Positions 1 through 8,376 of a stretch of 64,000 bases of DNA are shown here, one piece after another (the first letter of the stretch is position 1; the number at the start of each line of letters is the position of its first letter). The DNA lies in IMG/VR virus record IMGVR_UViG_3300025137_000016, one strand, 5' to 3'. Source of the DNA: a virus. The translations under genes and the position numbers were made by a program. Under the pieces are notes generated by a model that saw nothing but the letters and a program-made list of their open reading frames with translations, ran no database searches and was not told where the DNA came from.

Positions 1-14
1 AATTCCAATCTTTT

Positions 15-47
15 AAGGGGAAGCCAGCAATGGTTTCCCTTTTTTTT
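15..47 (+). terminator. Rho-independent terminator
   Basis: Stem AGGGGAAGCCA / TGGTTTCCCTT with a GCAA loop, followed by a T run. Confidence 0.85.
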
Positions 48-49
48 GT

Positions 50-135
50 TAAGTCCTTGTTTTTAAATGAAACTTTTATTGAAAAAAAGTGAAATAATGT
101 TTTACTTTTGGTTCATAATAGGGTAAGATATAGGT
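50..135 (+). promoter_or_regulatory. Early sigma70-type promoter cassette, copy 1
   Basis: -35 TTTACT (101-106), 17-bp spacer, -10 TAAGAT (124-129); A-tract upstream; IHF-like TAAGTCCTTGTTT at 50-62. Confidence 0.8.
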
Positions 136-167
136 ATATTAAATAAAAAAACGAGAGGTAAATAACT

Positions 168-467
168 ATGACAATTAATATAACAAATAACTATGAATAT
201 TCTGGTGTAAATGCTGACGCATGTGCAGAAGTTGAGAGAGTATGTACTTTTAAACAAGGCATCAAACATTATGGTGTTCCAGGAGCTGCATTTAAAGGTA
301 TGCAAAAGGTCGCTTCTTTAATGAGAATGAGAGAAGTAGAAAACAGAGAAACAGGTAAGACTGAGAAAAAACCTGCTTATTTCGCAGTATTTGATGCTGA
401 TGAAATGCAGTCTAGAGCAAGACTCTATATCTCAGCTAAAAAACAGGCAGCCAAGAAGGTTGCCTAA
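168..467 (+). CDS. Early protein, ArdC N-terminal (ssDNA-binding, DUF1738)-like
   Basis: Motif order N-x5-YSGVN...TFKQ...KG...FAVFD resembles the ArdC-N pattern; SD GAGG. Confidence 0.5.
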   Translation: MTINITNNYEYSGVNADACAEVERVCTFKQGIKHYGVPGAAFKGMQKVASLMRMREVENRETGKTEKKPAYFAVFDADEMQSRARLYISAKKQAAKKVA

Positions 468-550
468 GTCCTTGATTTTAAATGAAACAAAAATCAAAAA
501 AAAGTGAGAAATGTCTTTACTTTTGGAACAAAATAAGGTACAATATAGGT
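465..550 (+). promoter_or_regulatory. Early sigma70-type promoter cassette, copy 2
   Basis: -35 TTTACT (516-521), 17 bp, -10 TACAAT (539-544); IHF consensus TAAGTCCTTGATT at 465-477; about 105-bp imperfect repeat of copy 1. Confidence 0.85.
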
Positions 551-579
551 ATATTAACAATAAAAAAGAGGAAAAAAAT

Positions 580-768
580 ATGAGTAAAATGGGAAATTTA
601 GTAGTAGAGCTTCAAGAATCAGCTCAAGATTATATCAGCGATTATGCTGATAAAAAATATCTAACATTGTTAGATGCTAAAGATGCTTATCTTGAAAAGA
701 ATGGCGAGTGGGCAGAATCTATATTTCAAACTGAAGCAGAGACTGCATCAGAGATTGGAATTATATAA
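580..768 (+). CDS. Hypothetical acidic early protein (62 aa)
   Basis: ATG at 580 after SD GAGG; the 511 start in the ORF track lies inside the promoter. Confidence 0.75.
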   Translation: MSKMGNLVVELQESAQDYISDYADKKYLTLLDAKDAYLEKNGEWAESIFQTEAETASEIGII

Positions 769-881
769 TGTTAGAAACGATTCTATATTTTGTAATATTT
801 CCAGTTATGGGATTTACATTCTACTGTGCTTGTGTAGCACTTTATCTACACACAAAGGAAACTTTTGGAGATGACATATAA
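768..881 (+). CDS. Small membrane peptide (37 aa, MLETILYFVIFPVMGFTFYCACVALYLHTKETFGDDI)
   Basis: Translated by hand; TAATG stop/start overlaps at both ends; one hydrophobic segment. Confidence 0.65.
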   Translation: MLETILYFVIFPVMGFTFYCACVALYLHTKETFGDDI

Positions 882-958
882 TGTTTAAAGGAATTCTTTT
901 ATTGGTAGTGGTATGTTGTTTATCACTTTATTTAATGGGTGCAGTCGCAGGACTGTAA
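881..958 (+). CDS. Small membrane peptide (25 aa, MFKGILLLVVVCCLSLYLMGAVAGL)
   Basis: TAATG overlap, SD GGAG upstream, almost fully hydrophobic. Confidence 0.6.
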   Translation: MFKGILLLVVVCCLSLYLMGAVAGL

Positions 959-974
959 ATTTGAGAGGTATATT

Positions 975-1454
975 ATGCAAGTAATTATTAGTACACAATA
1001 CAACGAAAACTATAATGTTGAAAATCCTGGAGAAGGAAACGATCGTTGGAAATCTAAAGGTGGTTCAGACTATAAAGTCCAGAACATTGACATTAATGAT
1101 ACTGATGCGATGAAAAAAATTGTCGCTGATGTATGTAAGATGATTGAATATAAAACTGTTCAATCTGAAGAGTATGTTATCGACTGGGAAGTAAGGTCTG
1201 ATAGATGGCAATCTTCTTTTGAACAATCTCAGCTTGAGCACGAAGGATATCGTGGTTATCAAGAACCAATCATCTACCAAAAAGATGGTGAATGGTTTAA
1301 GCAAAAGGATTTTGAAGGATATAAAGGTTGTTCAAGATCTACTTACAAATACACCGATGGTAATTGGGAGTATGTTAAGCATCTTTCTTTTGACAAAGCA
1401 AGAGAGGACTATTCAGATGATTTATCAGCTGAATTGTGTTATTCAGATGATTGA
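975..1454 (+). CDS. Hypothetical phage protein (TQYxENY...WKxKGG motif)
   Basis: ATG at 975 after SD GAGAGG. Confidence 0.8.
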   Translation: MQVIISTQYNENYNVENPGEGNDRWKSKGGSDYKVQNIDINDTDAMKKIVADVCKMIEYKTVQSEEYVIDWEVRSDRWQSSFEQSQLEHEGYRGYQEPIIYQKDGEWFKQKDFEGYKGCSRSTYKYTDGNWEYVKHLSFDKAREDYSDDLSAELCYSDD

Positions 1455-1665
1455 TGTATTAGAAGAGATTAAATTCTTAAAAGAGATTTATAGCGATATG
1501 CAATACCAATCACGTGAAACTCTCAGCGAACAACTATTGTTCGTGAAGATTGAAAGACGAATTGCGGAGAAAGAATTAGAACTCAAGGCATTTGAATGTG
1601 CTATGATGAGCGAGTCTGAAGCAAAGTCGTTGAATATAGCTAAAAAAATAATTGAAAATAAGTGA
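1447..1665 (+). CDS. Hypothetical coiled-coil protein (72 aa)
   Basis: ATG at 1447 overlaps the end of the previous gene; 3' part of the 1219..1665 ORF. Confidence 0.65.
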   Translation: MIDVLEEIKFLKEIYSDMQYQSRETLSEQLLFVKIERRIAEKELELKAFECAMMSESEAKSLNIAKKIIENK

Positions 1666-1708
1666 GAAAGTTCTTTACTTTTAACATATAATCATATAGA
1701 ATAGGTTT
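1623..1708 (+). promoter_or_regulatory. Early sigma70-type promoter cassette, copy 3
   Basis: -35 TTTACT (1674-1679), 17 bp, -10 TAGAAT (1697-1702); shares AAGTGAGAAA with copy 2; degenerate IHF-like site at 1623-1635. Confidence 0.8.
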
Positions 1709-1711
1709 ATT

Positions 1712-2107
1712 ATGGCATTATTACCAATATATTATAATACTACTCGCATGGGTGGTAGATCTAAAGTGAAAAAAAAGCCAGGATGGCAGGCACGTGAGCA
1801 GGCACATAATGCTTGGCTTCGTGAAAATGGTGTACATCCCGACCAGCTAAAAAAACGTGCTAAGGAGTTTAAGCCATTACAGGTATCTCCTGAAGCTAAA
1901 GCACGTGAGAAACAGATGAAAGAATATAATGAAAAGTATAAGTCGTTGTCTACTGAGGGCAAGATGTCTGGTAATACTTTTAAGAAAGAGCCACAGAAAT
2001 ATACAGGTACATTAGTCACAGGTATCGCTCAGATGCATAAGTCTAATGCTGTACCAGTTATTAATAAACAACAAGCGATAGATGTCGCTAAAATGAGAAG
2101 AGGGTAG
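1712..2107 (+). CDS. Basic hypothetical protein (YTGT..GIA.MHKSNAVPV motif)
   Basis: ORF directly behind promoter copy 3; C-terminal motif is familiar from T4-like phages. Confidence 0.8.
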   Translation: MALLPIYYNTTRMGGRSKVKKKPGWQAREQAHNAWLRENGVHPDQLKKRAKEFKPLQVSPEAKAREKQMKEYNEKYKSLSTEGKMSGNTFKKEPQKYTGTLVTGIAQMHKSNAVPVINKQQAIDVAKMRRG

Positions 2108-2108
2108 T

Positions 2109-2324
2109 ATGGAAGAACCAATTGCAAGAGCAATAGTAGTAATTTTGTATTCAGGAATATTAGTTTATCTTGGGTATATAATGGGACGCAGAAAAAATAC
2201 TCAAGTCATTGCCGATACCATAGAATCTTTAATGCGCACAGGATTCGTTAAGTGGTATTGGAAAGACAATCAAAGAGAGATTGTTAAATGGTCTGAGCAA
2301 ACACCTAAGGAGAAAAATGTTTAG
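2109..2324 (+). CDS. Hypothetical membrane protein
   Basis: N-terminal hydrophobic segment; tight operon packing. Confidence 0.7.
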   Translation: MEEPIARAIVVILYSGILVYLGYIMGRRKNTQVIADTIESLMRTGFVKWYWKDNQREIVKWSEQTPKEKNV

Positions 2325-2532
2325 AGTTATTTGGAACATGCTTAAGAACGATCTTAAGCAACCAGAGGAAGAAGTAAAGACCACGCATCAAGACCCAGAT
2401 CCAGATGATCTATCTATTGATAATGCGTATAAGACAAGATGGGTTTGGTACCATACAATTCTAGCGATAGAGTTGTTTATGGTGAATGTGATTTTGATTG
2501 CCATTTTGGTAGTCTTAGCAATTAAATTATAA
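2317..2532 (+). CDS. Hypothetical membrane protein (C-terminal TM)
   Basis: ATG at 2317 after SD AAGGAG. Confidence 0.75.
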   Translation: MFRVIWNMLKNDLKQPEEEVKTTHQDPDPDDLSIDNAYKTRWVWYHTILAIELFMVNVILIAILVVLAIKL

Positions 2533-2549
2533 TGAAGGAGAATAATATA

Positions 2550-2873
2550 ATGAACCATGTAGAATTGAGTAATAAGATACAGCACTTTGCTATCCGTCGA
2601 GATATCCCAGGGCTGACCACATTGAAAGCTGATATGAAAACTGAAATCGAACGACTTGATCGTTGGTTCAATAAATATCTCCACGTGCAGGGTGACCACA
2701 TGAATCCCGATAATCCAGATACTAAAGCATGGTCGCTTTATAATCTTAAGATGGCTGAGTATGAAAAGGTATCTGATCGTATTACATCTATTGACCACTA
2801 CTTAACAAAATTTAATAATAAAGGATCTATATATGAGCGAATTGAAAACGCAGGCTTTTCCTACTCAGTTTGA
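2550..2873 (+). CDS. Hypothetical protein
   Basis: ATG at 2550 after SD AAGGAG (alternative start 2532). Confidence 0.7.
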   Translation: MNHVELSNKIQHFAIRRDIPGLTTLKADMKTEIERLDRWFNKYLHVQGDHMNPDNPDTKAWSLYNLKMAEYEKVSDRITSIDHYLTKFNNKGSIYERIENAGFSYSV

Positions 2874-3084
2874 GAATTCTAAATCATTTGCTCAATACAT
2901 TGAGAGAGTGGTAAAAGAAAAGCAAGGAATAACACACATGGACGCAATACTAGAATATTGCGATAAAGCTAACTTAGATCCGAAAGAGATGAAAGGTCTT
3001 ATCAGAGGGGCATTGAAGGACAAACTAGAAGCAAACTTCAGCGACCTGAACTATCTACCGAAAACTGCGAAGTTGGATGTTTAA
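2833..3084 (+). CDS. gp33: Late-promoter transcription coactivator
   Basis: F..IE..V...MDAIL.YC...LKDKLE....LNYL pattern; synteny 33-59-32. Confidence 0.9.
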   Translation: MSELKTQAFPTQFENSKSFAQYIERVVKEKQGITHMDAILEYCDKANLDPKEMKGLIRGALKDKLEANFSDLNYLPKTAKLDV

Positions 3085-3701
3085 TGGATGGGTATCGTGT
3101 CTATAAATTATACATGGCTCTTAAATTACACTTTCATAATAAGAAGTATAATGTCTTTGAGAATAAAGGTGCCATTCGTGGCAGTAGGGAGAAGTTCTAT
3201 GTTCGTAATGATGTCAAACTTTTTGAGAAACTAAGCGATGATTTCAAAAGCGATCGTGATATTGTTGATTACTTTGTCAGTAATTTCAGTTATGGGCATG
3301 ATGCAACCCTCTATTCCAGGATTACATCCGATACCTATGCAACCAAATGGAATAGAGTGCGAGAATCCATGCATAACACCTTTAAATCAGATCTCTCCAC
3401 AATCTTATTACACTTAGAAAAAGAGAAATTGACAGAGAAACAATTATATAATTTTAATGGGGTAATTCCCGAACTAATGAAGATGGTTCTTGGTGAGCAT
3501 GTACATGTACAAACTGTATGCATCTTGGATCATTATAAAGGATTCTTTGAGAATTGGGACTTGAAAGCAGGAGTTGCTTTTGAAGAAGATGTTCTCAGGA
3601 TAGCGAAGTCGAAAGGCTTTGTGAAGTTTGATAAATCTAAGTTTCAGCAGACTTACCTCTCGTTTGAAGCTGATTTATCTGAACTAAATAAGAGTACTTG
3701 A
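3084..3701 (+). CDS. gp59: Helicase loader
   Basis: YKLYMALKLHF...KY...R.D..LFEKL...YFVSNF; position before gp32. Confidence 0.9.
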   Translation: MDGYRVYKLYMALKLHFHNKKYNVFENKGAIRGSREKFYVRNDVKLFEKLSDDFKSDRDIVDYFVSNFSYGHDATLYSRITSDTYATKWNRVRESMHNTFKSDLSTILLHLEKEKLTEKQLYNFNGVIPELMKMVLGEHVHVQTVCILDHYKGFFENWDLKAGVAFEEDVLRIAKSKGFVKFDKSKFQQTYLSFEADLSELNKST

Positions 3702-3703
3702 AC

Positions 3704-3732
3704 TTGACTTTTAAGTTTTTTTCAAGTATTAT
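3704..3732 (+). promoter_or_regulatory. sigma70-type promoter for gene 32 (late motif CTAAATA also at 3684-3690)
   Basis: TTGACT-17 bp-TATTAT. Confidence 0.75.
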
Positions 3733-3776
3733 AAAACAATACAACGCATATAACGCATATAATAAGGAGTAAAATT

Positions 3777-4721
3777 ATGGTTGATTTAACATCACTGAAG
3801 AAGGATTCCATGTCCGACTTCACCAAAATATCTGGAGAGTTCGACAAGATCGCTAATCCCCAGAGTTCTAAGAAAAAGGATTATGGACCAGATGAAAGAT
3901 TCTGGAAACTTGATCCAGATAAAGCAGGCAACGCAACAGCAGTACTTCGTTTTCTACCTAGAGTAGAGGGTGATGAATTGCCGTGGGTTCGTGTGTTTAG
4001 TCATGGCTTCCAAGGTCCAACTGGAAAATGGTATATTGAAAACAGTTTAACTACACTGGGTGATAAAGACCCTGTGGGTGAATTGAATTCAAAGCTATGG
4101 AACAGTGGCTCTGAAGCTAATAAAGAAATTGCTCGTAAGCAAAAACGAAGACTATCTTATATGGTCAATGTTTTAATTGTGAGCGATCCGAAACATCCCG
4201 AGAATGAAGGACAGGTCAGACTGTATAAGTTTGGTAAAAAGATCTTTGATAAGATCATGGAAAAAGCCAGACCTACATTTGAGGATGAGAAACCTGTGAA
4301 TGTATTTGATTTATGGACAGGAGCTGACTTCAGACTTCGTATGAAGAAGGTTGCTGGCTATCCTAATTATGATGAAAGCCAATTCACAGAGGTGAAAGCA
4401 GTAAATGGTTCTGATGAAGAGTTAGTTAGCATTGTTGAAAAACAGCATAAGCTATCTGAGTTTATTGCACCAGACCAGTTCAAGTCTTTCGAAGCATTGT
4501 CGCAAAGACTAATGGATGTTCTCGAGGATGAAAACGCAGGATTGGGTACAGCATCTGATGCAGTACTTGAAACTGTAGCAGCAGCACCTGCACCTAAGAG
4601 TGCTGTCGCACCTGAGCCAGTCGCAAAGGCTGAGCCAACTCCACAGGCTGAAGTTTCTTCACCAGCTGGAGAGGAAGAAGATGTAATGTCATACTTCCAA
4701 AAAATAGCAGACTCTGAGTAA
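3777..4721 (+). CDS. gp32: Single-stranded DNA-binding protein
   Basis: DERFWK..DKAGN..AVLRFLP, HGFQGPTGKWYIENSLTT, YKFGKKIFDKI; acidic C-terminal tail. Confidence 0.98.
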   Translation: MVDLTSLKKDSMSDFTKISGEFDKIANPQSSKKKDYGPDERFWKLDPDKAGNATAVLRFLPRVEGDELPWVRVFSHGFQGPTGKWYIENSLTTLGDKDPVGELNSKLWNSGSEANKEIARKQKRRLSYMVNVLIVSDPKHPENEGQVRLYKFGKKIFDKIMEKARPTFEDEKPVNVFDLWTGADFRLRMKKVAGYPNYDESQFTEVKAVNGSDEELVSIVEKQHKLSEFIAPDQFKSFEALSQRLMDVLEDENAGLGTASDAVLETVAAAPAPKSAVAPEPVAKAEPTPQAEVSSPAGEEEDVMSYFQKIADSE

Positions 4722-4740
4722 TAGATTCAAAATCTGCGGA

Positions 4741-4769
4741 GAGGGGATCGTAAGATCCCCTTTCTTTTT
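4741..4769 (+). terminator. Rho-independent terminator
   Basis: AGGGGATC-GTAA-GATCCCCT followed by a T-rich tail. Confidence 0.9.
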
Positions 4770-4786
4770 ATAATGAAAGGAACTAC

Positions 4787-5065
4787 ATGAAACACTATTG
4801 GAATCTAATAATGAATGACAGGTTGAATGCGATTAGCCATTTGCCTTTTCAAGTCAAATTTATGTCTATGCAAATCCTAGCATGGATGTGGTCAGCAACA
4901 TTTGGTATCTATATCATAGAAAGCATTTATGCCTTTGGCATATCTGCCCTTGCACATGCTCTCTTTATTACTATGACTGTTCTGACTTACATATACTTCA
5001 AGCAAGTACAAAATGCTAAAGTGGATGGTATCTTAACTAGAGGTAAAGGTGGCGAACATGAATGA
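4787..5065 (+). CDS. Hypothetical 2-TM membrane protein
   Basis: SD AAGGA; MQILAWMWSA.FG hydrophobic segments. Confidence 0.8.
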   Translation: MKHYWNLIMNDRLNAISHLPFQVKFMSMQILAWMWSATFGIYIIESIYAFGISALAHALFITMTVLTYIYFKQVQNAKVDGILTRGKGGEHE

Positions 5066-5306
5066 TGGTAGATATGACTACACAGCACATCTACATAAGT
5101 TCGAAGTGAGTTATCTTGAGGGAACTAGTAAGGAAATGATCAAGCAGGAAGTTATGCATCATACCTATGGGGAAGCTGAACAATTTGTTAAGGAACGAGA
5201 TCCTAGGAACATTGCTATAAAGTCTTGTAAATATATTGAATACTGGGGACCATCAGGTAAAGTTGATGGAGAACGAAGTGGATTCGTTGACAATGTTATT
5301 GACTAA
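5058..5306 (+). CDS. Hypothetical protein
   Basis: ATG overlaps the upstream stop (ATGAATGA). Confidence 0.7.
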   Translation: MNDGRYDYTAHLHKFEVSYLEGTSKEMIKQEVMHHTYGEAEQFVKERDPRNIAIKSCKYIEYWGPSGKVDGERSGFVDNVID

Positions 5307-5309
5307 AGG

Positions 5310-6998
5310 TTAAGCTCCTTGATATCTAAGGAATGGATTATAGTTATTATCTTTGTTCTTAGCTGATTTAGGGAATGCCATAGAATTAGTGGCAGTATTG
5401 GCTTGGTTGTTTACATTAGTATTATTCACGACAGTCGTATTGCCACCAGCACCTCCGCCATCTGTTCCAGATTGAGCGATCTTCTTTTCTCTATTAATAG
5501 CTTCATCAATTTTACTTGAATCCATAAACTCAGAAGTGTCTCCCTTGAGAACAGTTTTATTACCATCCCCATCTGTCATTATCTTATCTTTTTTATTTAT
5601 CTTAACACCACCAGCAGTTTCTGTACCTTCAACTGGTGAACCCTCATCCCCACCTTCTACCGAAGTTGAAGGATCTGAATCTCTGAATGGGAAGAATCCA
5701 TCAAAGGAAACTTTCTTACCAATTATTGGAATAGTGAATGAGAATGCAGGGATACCAAAGTTATCCATGATTGCATCAAACATACCATAGATCTTTTCTT
5801 TTAATCCATCAAAGCCAAACAATCCTGCTACAGCATCTAAAATGTTTAAGAAGAATTTTGGTATGATTAGTATTAAGTCAAAGAAGAAGTCAGATATGTT
5901 TTTAAACATACCCTCGCCATCCTGATTAGTAAACATATTCATCATAGAATTAAATAATTCCATAATAGGTCGGATAGGTGCCATTATAATATCACCCATA
6001 AAGTCTAAGATGTTTTGTAAGAAACTACCGATGGCATCTATAAAGCCACTGAACATATCAGCGAATGAAAAACTATTAAGTGCATTCTTAGCATTATCAA
6101 AACCAAACAAACCAAGTAGCCAAGCAACAGCACCCTTTACCATATCAAGTGGTCCAAAGATTAATGAATTAAATAAACCTTTGACAGCTCCAGTTAATCC
6201 ACCAATAATACCACCCTCAGCAAAACCTTTCATCATGCCTTTTATTGTATCGAATAATGTTATGATAATTAAGATTGGTAAGAAAACTTTTGAAGCAACT
6301 CTTGCTACACCAGATATGGCTTTGAAGAATGTACCAATGTAGCTACCAACAGCTCTGAACATATTCATTACTTTGGTAAGCATACCACCAGTTCCTGCTA
6401 AAGATTTCATCCCAGTTTTTAGTACACCAAACATCTGAGAGAATGCAGTTCCGAATGGTTTAAGACCATTCATAAAGTTTCTTAATATTCTAGGAGTCTT
6501 GCCTAAAGCACCTTTTGCTCCACCTTTAAATAAGTTTGTAAGTGGTGTAAGCATTTTAGCAAACCCAGCTCTGATAGATGTACCAAACCCTCTGACAGTT
6601 TTGCTAAGACCTTTAAAGGTCATTCTTATTTGTGCTTGAAGTCTTGCAGGAGCGAATAACTTAGCGAACATTCCAATAGCTTTTAACTGGGCACCAATTA
6701 ATCCAATTAGTCCACCAATAACTAGAGCAAGGACTTTACCCAACTTGCCTAATTTACTGAACGCAGATCCTTCGTCACCACCACCACCCTCATCATCTTT
6801 AGATTTACCAGCGAGGACTTCTAAATATCCAGCCATCATAGTAAACACTTTCATCTCTTCAGCAGATTGTTCCTGTGTAGGCATAATCTGTTCTATTTCT
6901 TCACCAATTAGTTTAGCCAACTCCTCGTTCTTAGGAGTAGCTTTTCTTCTATCTGGTAAAGCGTCTTTGTCTGTTGGTGTTTGAGTTGGTAGTGCCAT
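5310..6998 (-). CDS. Putative tape measure / baseplate hub protein (gp29-like)
   Basis: Long G/A/F/K amphipathic helical repeats, NNTTVVNN C-terminus, adjacent to gp51 and gp26. Confidence 0.7.
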   Translation of the reverse strand: MALPTQTPTDKDALPDRRKATPKNEELAKLIGEEIEQIMPTQEQSAEEMKVFTMMAGYLEVLAGKSKDDEGGGGDEGSAFSKLGKLGKVLALVIGGLIGLIGAQLKAIGMFAKLFAPARLQAQIRMTFKGLSKTVRGFGTSIRAGFAKMLTPLTNLFKGGAKGALGKTPRILRNFMNGLKPFGTAFSQMFGVLKTGMKSLAGTGGMLTKVMNMFRAVGSYIGTFFKAISGVARVASKVFLPILIIITLFDTIKGMMKGFAEGGIIGGLTGAVKGLFNSLIFGPLDMVKGAVAWLLGLFGFDNAKNALNSFSFADMFSGFIDAIGSFLQNILDFMGDIIMAPIRPIMELFNSMMNMFTNQDGEGMFKNISDFFFDLILIIPKFFLNILDAVAGLFGFDGLKEKIYGMFDAIMDNFGIPAFSFTIPIIGKKVSFDGFFPFRDSDPSTSVEGGDEGSPVEGTETAGGVKINKKDKIMTDGDGNKTVLKGDTSEFMDSSKIDEAINREKKIAQSGTDGGGAGGNTTVVNNTNVNNQANTATNSMAFPKSAKNKDNNYNPFLRYQGA

Positions 6999-7193
6999 CT
7001 ATCTATTTCTCATTTTTAAATTTTGTTGTTCGTTCTTAGCCTTTTCTTCTTCAAGGTGTTTGACTAACATAGAAGTATATATCTCTCTTTCAAAAGGAAA
7101 CATATTTTCCAGCTCAGTCAACGAATACTTATGATGCTGTATTAAAGCAAAGTTCGTCTTGTAATGATTCATCAAAGAATCATGACTGAGCAT
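6999..7193 (-). CDS. gp51: Baseplate hub assembly catalyst
   Basis: YKTNFALIQHHKYSLTELENM.PFEREIY motif. Confidence 0.85.
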   Translation of the reverse strand: MLSHDSLMNHYKTNFALIQHHKYSLTELENMFPFEREIYTSMLVKHLEEEKAKNEQQNLKMRNR

Positions 7194-7921
7194 TAGCCAA
7201 AAAAACTTTGCAAACCCTCCAGAGTTTTCTTATGCTGTTTGTCACAGCTAGGACATTTGTACTCTATATCCTTAGTCATCTTGGGCATAGATTCAAAGAA
7301 TCCCTTTACCTTTGTAAACTGTTCTGAAGTTAAGTTATTAACAAAGTCATTTACTTCGTCAATAGTTTGGTCTTTAATATAATGTAATTCACTTCCTTCA
7401 TAAATGGTTTCCATTGAATCCATTATAATTTCAAAAACTTTACTAGGATCTGCTTCTTCAGTCAGTCCTTGATATTTCATTATAGTTTCTATTGTAGGAT
7501 ATTTCATTACAACTCCTACATCGCCCCATAAATTAATTTTCTTATTATGTCCTTCAGGGAATACCACTGGTATCTGTGTAATGTCTACTGACAATTTAAC
7601 TTGTGCTTTGGGATTGTCTTTACATTCCTCAACATCACATTTCCCTATTAGTTCAACAACCTCTCCAACTGATTTACCTCGCATTTGAGCGAAGCAATAT
7701 TCTAAGTCAAAGGTTGCTAAGTTGTCAACACTAATATCTTCTTCAATACAATTTTTAATTAAGTCTCTAAGAGTATTGACCATAACTGTCTCATCTTCAG
7801 ATTGCATTGCTAACATTAATGCCTTCTCGTCTTTCACAACGAATGGTCTAAATTTTACATCTTGACTAGTAGATGGAATCGTCAGTGGATATACTGGTGA
7901 TTGATTCTTTGGTAAAGCCAT
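7193..7921 (-). CDS. gp26: Baseplate hub subunit / assembly chaperone
   Basis: MALPK..P.Y.L.IPS..VKFRPFVVK.EK.L; RGKSVGE; MKYPT; CxxC...LEGLQSFF. Confidence 0.92.
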   Translation of the reverse strand: MALPKNQSPVYPLTIPSTSQDVKFRPFVVKDEKALMLAMQSEDETVMVNTLRDLIKNCIEEDISVDNLATFDLEYCFAQMRGKSVGEVVELIGKCDVEECKDNPKAQVKLSVDITQIPVVFPEGHNKKINLWGDVGVVMKYPTIETIMKYQGLTEEADPSKVFEIIMDSMETIYEGSELHYIKDQTIDEVNDFVNNLTSEQFTKVKGFFESMPKMTKDIEYKCPSCDKQHKKTLEGLQSFFG

Positions 7922-7923
7922 TA

Positions 7924-8376
7924 TTAATCTCCTTCATTATTATTTGGTACTTCTTTCATATCCTTCAAGAATTTATTCAATTCAGTTGTAGAACCAACAT
8001 AGATAGAATTATTCTGTACTCCTGGAGCCTTAGAATCATTCTTGCTATCTAGTTTCTCTTTTTGCTGATGTAATTCTAACAGTTGAGAATTAATATCAGC
8101 TTGTTGCTTCATAAGATTACCAACAACTTCAAACGCACGAGGGTGTTCTGATTGTTTAGCAATTTCTAAAGCATGATTAAGAGCGTCTTGACCTTTCTCC
8201 AGGATATGTAGGAGATTGTCTCGAGTAGTATCATAATCACTCTCAATCTTTTCTTCAGCTGTATTAAATACAACTGGTTCTAATTTCTTTACAGGTGTAA
8301 TTTCCATAGTTGGTGTGCCATCAAATCCTGCTGGCAAATCAAATACTTTTCCTAGACCTTTATCTATCTTACTCAT
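7924..8376 (-). CDS. gp16: Terminase small subunit
   Basis: DY..TR.NL..KGQ.AL...A..SEHPRAFEV...NNSIYVGSTTEL motifs. Confidence 0.9.
   Translation of the reverse strand: MSKIDKGLGKVFDLPAGFDGTPTMEITPVKKLEPVVFNTAEEKIESDYDTTRDNLLHILEKGQDALNHALEIAKQSEHPRAFEVVGNLMKQQADINSQLLELHQQKEKLDSKNDSKAPGVQNNSIYVGSTTELNKFLKDMKEVPNNNEGD

Noticed and set aside
511-579. N-terminal extension of ORF 511..768
   Set aside because: It overlaps the -35 and -10 boxes of promoter copy 2; the SD supports ATG 580
674-874. 66-aa plus-strand ORF
   Set aside because: Overlaps better-supported coupled ORFs in other frames; no SD
50-1708. Repeats read as a CRISPR array or IS ends
   Set aside because: They are long, imperfect, separated by genes and contain promoter boxes
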